Part shown: piece by piece, positions 54,954 to 57,301 of the stretch | Layout: each line of letters starts with the position of its first letter | Numbering within the stretch: position 1 is the first letter of the stretch | Assembly (NCBI GenBank): GCA_964452945.1 | Contig: CAYVOB010000001.1 | Coordinates: 1-57,301, forward strand | Origin: an uncultured Bdellovibrionales bacterium | GTDB taxonomy: Bacteria; Bdellovibrionota; JAFGOL01 | Direction of reading: 5' to 3' | DNA length: 57,301 nt | Notes under the pieces: model-generated | What the model was told of the DNA's origin: nothing | The model's input: only the letters and a program-made list of their open reading frames with translations | The model's database searches: none | Program-made: the position numbers and the translations under genes

Positions 54954-56015
54954 ATGTCAAAGTTCGTATTGATTTATTGCCTGGTAACCATATCCACTGT
55001 TTTACAGGCTGGAGTACAAAAAAAAGCTGTAAGTCCAAGGGCTTTTTCGCTAAAAAGCCGTTTTGAGGCCTCAAAGGACTTTTATACAGGCATGGACGAA
55101 TTCAGTAATGGTAAATTTGAAAAAGCCTATGACCTTTTCCTAAAAGCAGCAAAAACTGATGGCATCTCAAAAGAAGAAAAAGCTGTTGCAATGTACAATG
55201 CCGGTCTTAGTCTTGAAAGATCAAAAAAATATAGCATCGCGCTGGATACTTATAACAAAATAGATGGTTTAGACCGAGATAGATATTACAGGATTGGGGC
55301 CTGCTGCCATGAATTGCAAAAATGGGACTGCGTATTGTCCAGTCTCAAGAACTGGAAAAACCAAAGCGGCTCTTTATCCCTAATAGAAGAGTTTGAGTTT
55401 AGAGTAAGAATGGGTGGAGCTTATCTATCTTTGTCCGACTACAAGGACTCCATACAATATCTTGAGACGGCTACAAAAGTATTTCTGGAAAGGAAAAGGC
55501 TATTACTATCAGACGCTCAAAACAAGGAATATACAGAGGATAAAATAAATTCACTCGGATTATGGGCGCTGGACGATCTAGCTTCAGCATACACTATGAT
55601 AGGTGCTGACGTAAAACTTCCCACAAGTTATGATGACGAGACCCAACACTCATCATATTTTATTTCATTAAAGGATCAGGTTAATCTTAAGGCTTATTAC
55701 TATCTTAAAGCCCAGGACACCTATCTGCACATGTTAGAACAAGGAGATATTTACACTGCCTCAAAAGGTTTGTTCATGATCGGAGATCTCTATCAAAAAG
55801 CATATACGGATTTTTCTAGTGCGGAAATCCCTTCCAAAATAAAGGGGCAAGATTTAGAGAAGGAATACATCAGCGAACTAAGAATAGCCTTAAGACCACT
55901 GTTAGAAAAAGCAAAAGCTGCACACAACAAGAATTTGTTGCTTGCAAAAGAAAACAAGACAAACAACGAATGGATCAAAAAAAGTAAGACAGCATTAGAA
56001 CAAATAAAAGATTAA
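54954..56015 (+). CDS. secreted TPR-like protein
   Basis: 353 aa with a signal peptide (MSKFVLIYCLVTISTVLQA) and helical repeat composition. No specific motif. Confidence 0.45.
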   Translation: MSKFVLIYCLVTISTVLQAGVQKKAVSPRAFSLKSRFEASKDFYTGMDEFSNGKFEKAYDLFLKAAKTDGISKEEKAVAMYNAGLSLERSKKYSIALDTYNKIDGLDRDRYYRIGACCHELQKWDCVLSSLKNWKNQSGSLSLIEEFEFRVRMGGAYLSLSDYKDSIQYLETATKVFLERKRLLLSDAQNKEYTEDKINSLGLWALDDLASAYTMIGADVKLPTSYDDETQHSSYFISLKDQVNLKAYYYLKAQDTYLHMLEQGDIYTASKGLFMIGDLYQKAYTDFSSAEIPSKIKGQDLEKEYISELRIALRPLLEKAKAAHNKNLLLAKENKTNNEWIKKSKTALEQIKD

Positions 56016-56024
56016 GTATCGCGA

Positions 56025-56348
56025 TTACAGCTTTTTTATAGCCTCTACAACTCTGCCTGCCGTAGAATTTTCCGTAAACCTGACTGATGTACCATACACG
56101 CCATTGTCATCAAGTCTGGTCTCGTATATTTCTCCCTGAACGCTGTGATCTGAAAGATCAGGAAGTAGGAACGTGAACGTAGATGTGCTCTCTTCCTTTG
56201 AACTTATCTTCTTAAGAAGATACATCCCGCCCAAGCTTATATCCTTAACGTGATAATAATTGATTATTTCACCGGTATCCTCTTTAACAAGAACACTCTG
56301 GTTTGGAACTATTCGTTCGTGTTTTCTTTTTTCGCTCATACGAGGCAC
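56025..56348 (-). CDS. stand-alone PilZ-domain protein (c-di-GMP receptor type)
   Basis: 107 aa. RKHER (RxxxR) followed by DISLGG (D/NxSxxG). Confidence 0.7.
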   Translation of the reverse strand: MPRMSEKRKHERIVPNQSVLVKEDTGEIINYYHVKDISLGGMYLLKKISSKEESTSTFTFLLPDLSDHSVQGEIYETRLDDNGVYGTSVRFTENSTAGRVVEAIKKL

Positions 56349-56606
56349 TCCCTTGTTTTACTAAATTGCCCAAAACTAATGTTGCAATACTTATGCCATA
56401 AGTCTAAATGCTGTAACTTACTGAAATAATTGAGTGTCAAGTGGTATAAGCCAATTCACATAACTGTATAAACTTTTGTTATTTTTAGCCAATAATTTAA
56501 ACTCTGGCAAATTAAGCCTTTAATATCAAGAAGTTACGGCGGTGTATAAAATCTGTTCGCATTTGTAAAAAATATATGTTACTTGGGCAAAAGAGAGGGA
56601 ACATAA

Positions 56607-57301
56607 ATGCCTGTCGCGAGTATCCCAAAAACACCAAGAACCATAAAACTGCTCATATATATAAACGCAGCTCTTTACTTGATCTACCTCGTCTGCCTTG
56701 CTGCAAACATTAATATAACGATGCTGTTCGGTATCGTTCCATATCTGGTGCTAAAAAAATATTATGCATGGCAATTCGTTACATATATGTTCTTACACGG
56801 CAACATCTTTCATTTACTATTCAACATGCTGATGCTTTGGATGCTTGGCATCGAACTTTATAAGGTATGGGGAAGGTCATTCTTCATAAAATACTACTTC
56901 ATCTGTGGAATAGGAGCGGGGCTATCAGTCGTTCTGTTGGCGTTCCTAAACCCGTCGTCGTTTATGATCCCTACAATAGGATCAAGCGGTGCTATTTTTG
57001 GATTACTGTTGGCTTACGGGAGCATATTCAAGAACAAGGTCCTTTACGTATTCGGTCTTATCCCTGTAAAAGCCCTTAAGCTGGTCGTGATCATGGGTGC
57101 TATTGAATTAGTATCCTTGTTCTCTCAGGAGCAGTCCTCTATTAGCCATCTTGCTCATCTTGGTGGTTTAATAACCGGGCTCTTATATTTAAGGGCTAAA
57201 ACCTGGCAAAGGACCTTAAAGATAAAAAAATATCAAAGATGGCAGAACAGCCCCAAGGACAGCAACAATGTCATTAGTGTAGATTTTGAAAAAGATAAAG
57301 A
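56607..57301 (+). CDS. rhomboid-family intramembrane serine protease, 3' end cut by window edge
   Basis: Absent from the track because there is no stop codon in the window. The ATG at 56607 follows AGAGAGGGA. The translation gives WQFVTYMFLHGNIFHLLFNML, GSSGAIFGLL (catalytic Ser) and HLAHLGG (catalytic His). Confidence 0.85.
   Translation, partial: MPVASIPKTPRTIKLLIYINAALYLIYLVCLAANINITMLFGIVPYLVLKKYYAWQFVTYMFLHGNIFHLLFNMLMLWMLGIELYKVWGRSFFIKYYFICGIGAGLSVVLLAFLNPSSFMIPTIGSSGAIFGLLLAYGSIFKNKVLYVFGLIPVKALKLVVIMGAIELVSLFSQEQSSISHLAHLGGLITGLLYLRAKTWQRTLKIKKYQRWQNSPKDSNNVISVDFEKDK

Noticed and set aside
56349-56606. The 258-nt intergenic region considered as a possible sRNA or riboswitch.
   Set aside because: It is AT-rich with no convincing conserved-looking structure or terminator. 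It is most simply the divergent promoter region for the PilZ and rhomboid genes. Only the short palindrome was retained, inside a finding.
1-57301. A search for CRISPR arrays, rRNA genes, IS elements, integrases or prophage, and known defence-system hallmarks.
   Set aside because: I saw no regularly spaced direct repeats, no rRNA-like sequence, and no transposase, integrase, restriction or Cas-like ORFs. The only RNA gene found is tRNA-Ala.

Overview
This is an AT-rich, very densely coding bacterial chromosomal segment with about 55 protein genes (most on the minus strand) and one tRNA-Ala. I saw no rRNA, CRISPR array, transposase or integrase. Housekeeping genes are clearly recognisable from motifs: gyrB-gyrA, pyk, ribF, rng, uvrB, gltX, ispD/ispF, carD, murE, thiL, trmL and comEC. 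The outstanding region is a roughly 15.5-kb, 16-gene minus-strand cluster (11361-26596). It encodes a non-canonical Tad/Flp-type pilus-like machine. The core parts are two Flp prepilins, three TadE-like pseudopilins, CpaB, a secretin, TadB/TadC platform proteins and a single-polypeptide TadZ(MinD-like)::CpaF ATPase fusion. These are bundled with three membrane proteins carrying four FHA domains, an embedded DUF192 protein, a short YD/RHS-repeat secreted protein and small secreted proteins, one of which has a textbook sigma-54 promoter. The YD-repeat plus small secreted protein arrangement next to Tad genes resembles the Bdellovibrio hit locus. I therefore suspect a low-GC Bdellovibrio-like predator; this is inference and is not verified. 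Other points worth a second look:
- an orphan second CpaF-like ATPase fused into a murE/DAP operon
- an aspartokinase without ACT domains
- a CarD with an N-terminal lysine-rich repeat tail
- a large NHL-propeller protein with three copies of an unassigned domain
- a gyrase A subunit without a recognisable GyrA-box
- a terminator hairpin inside a 5' leader

All calls come from reading the sequence and motifs by eye. No database search was run.
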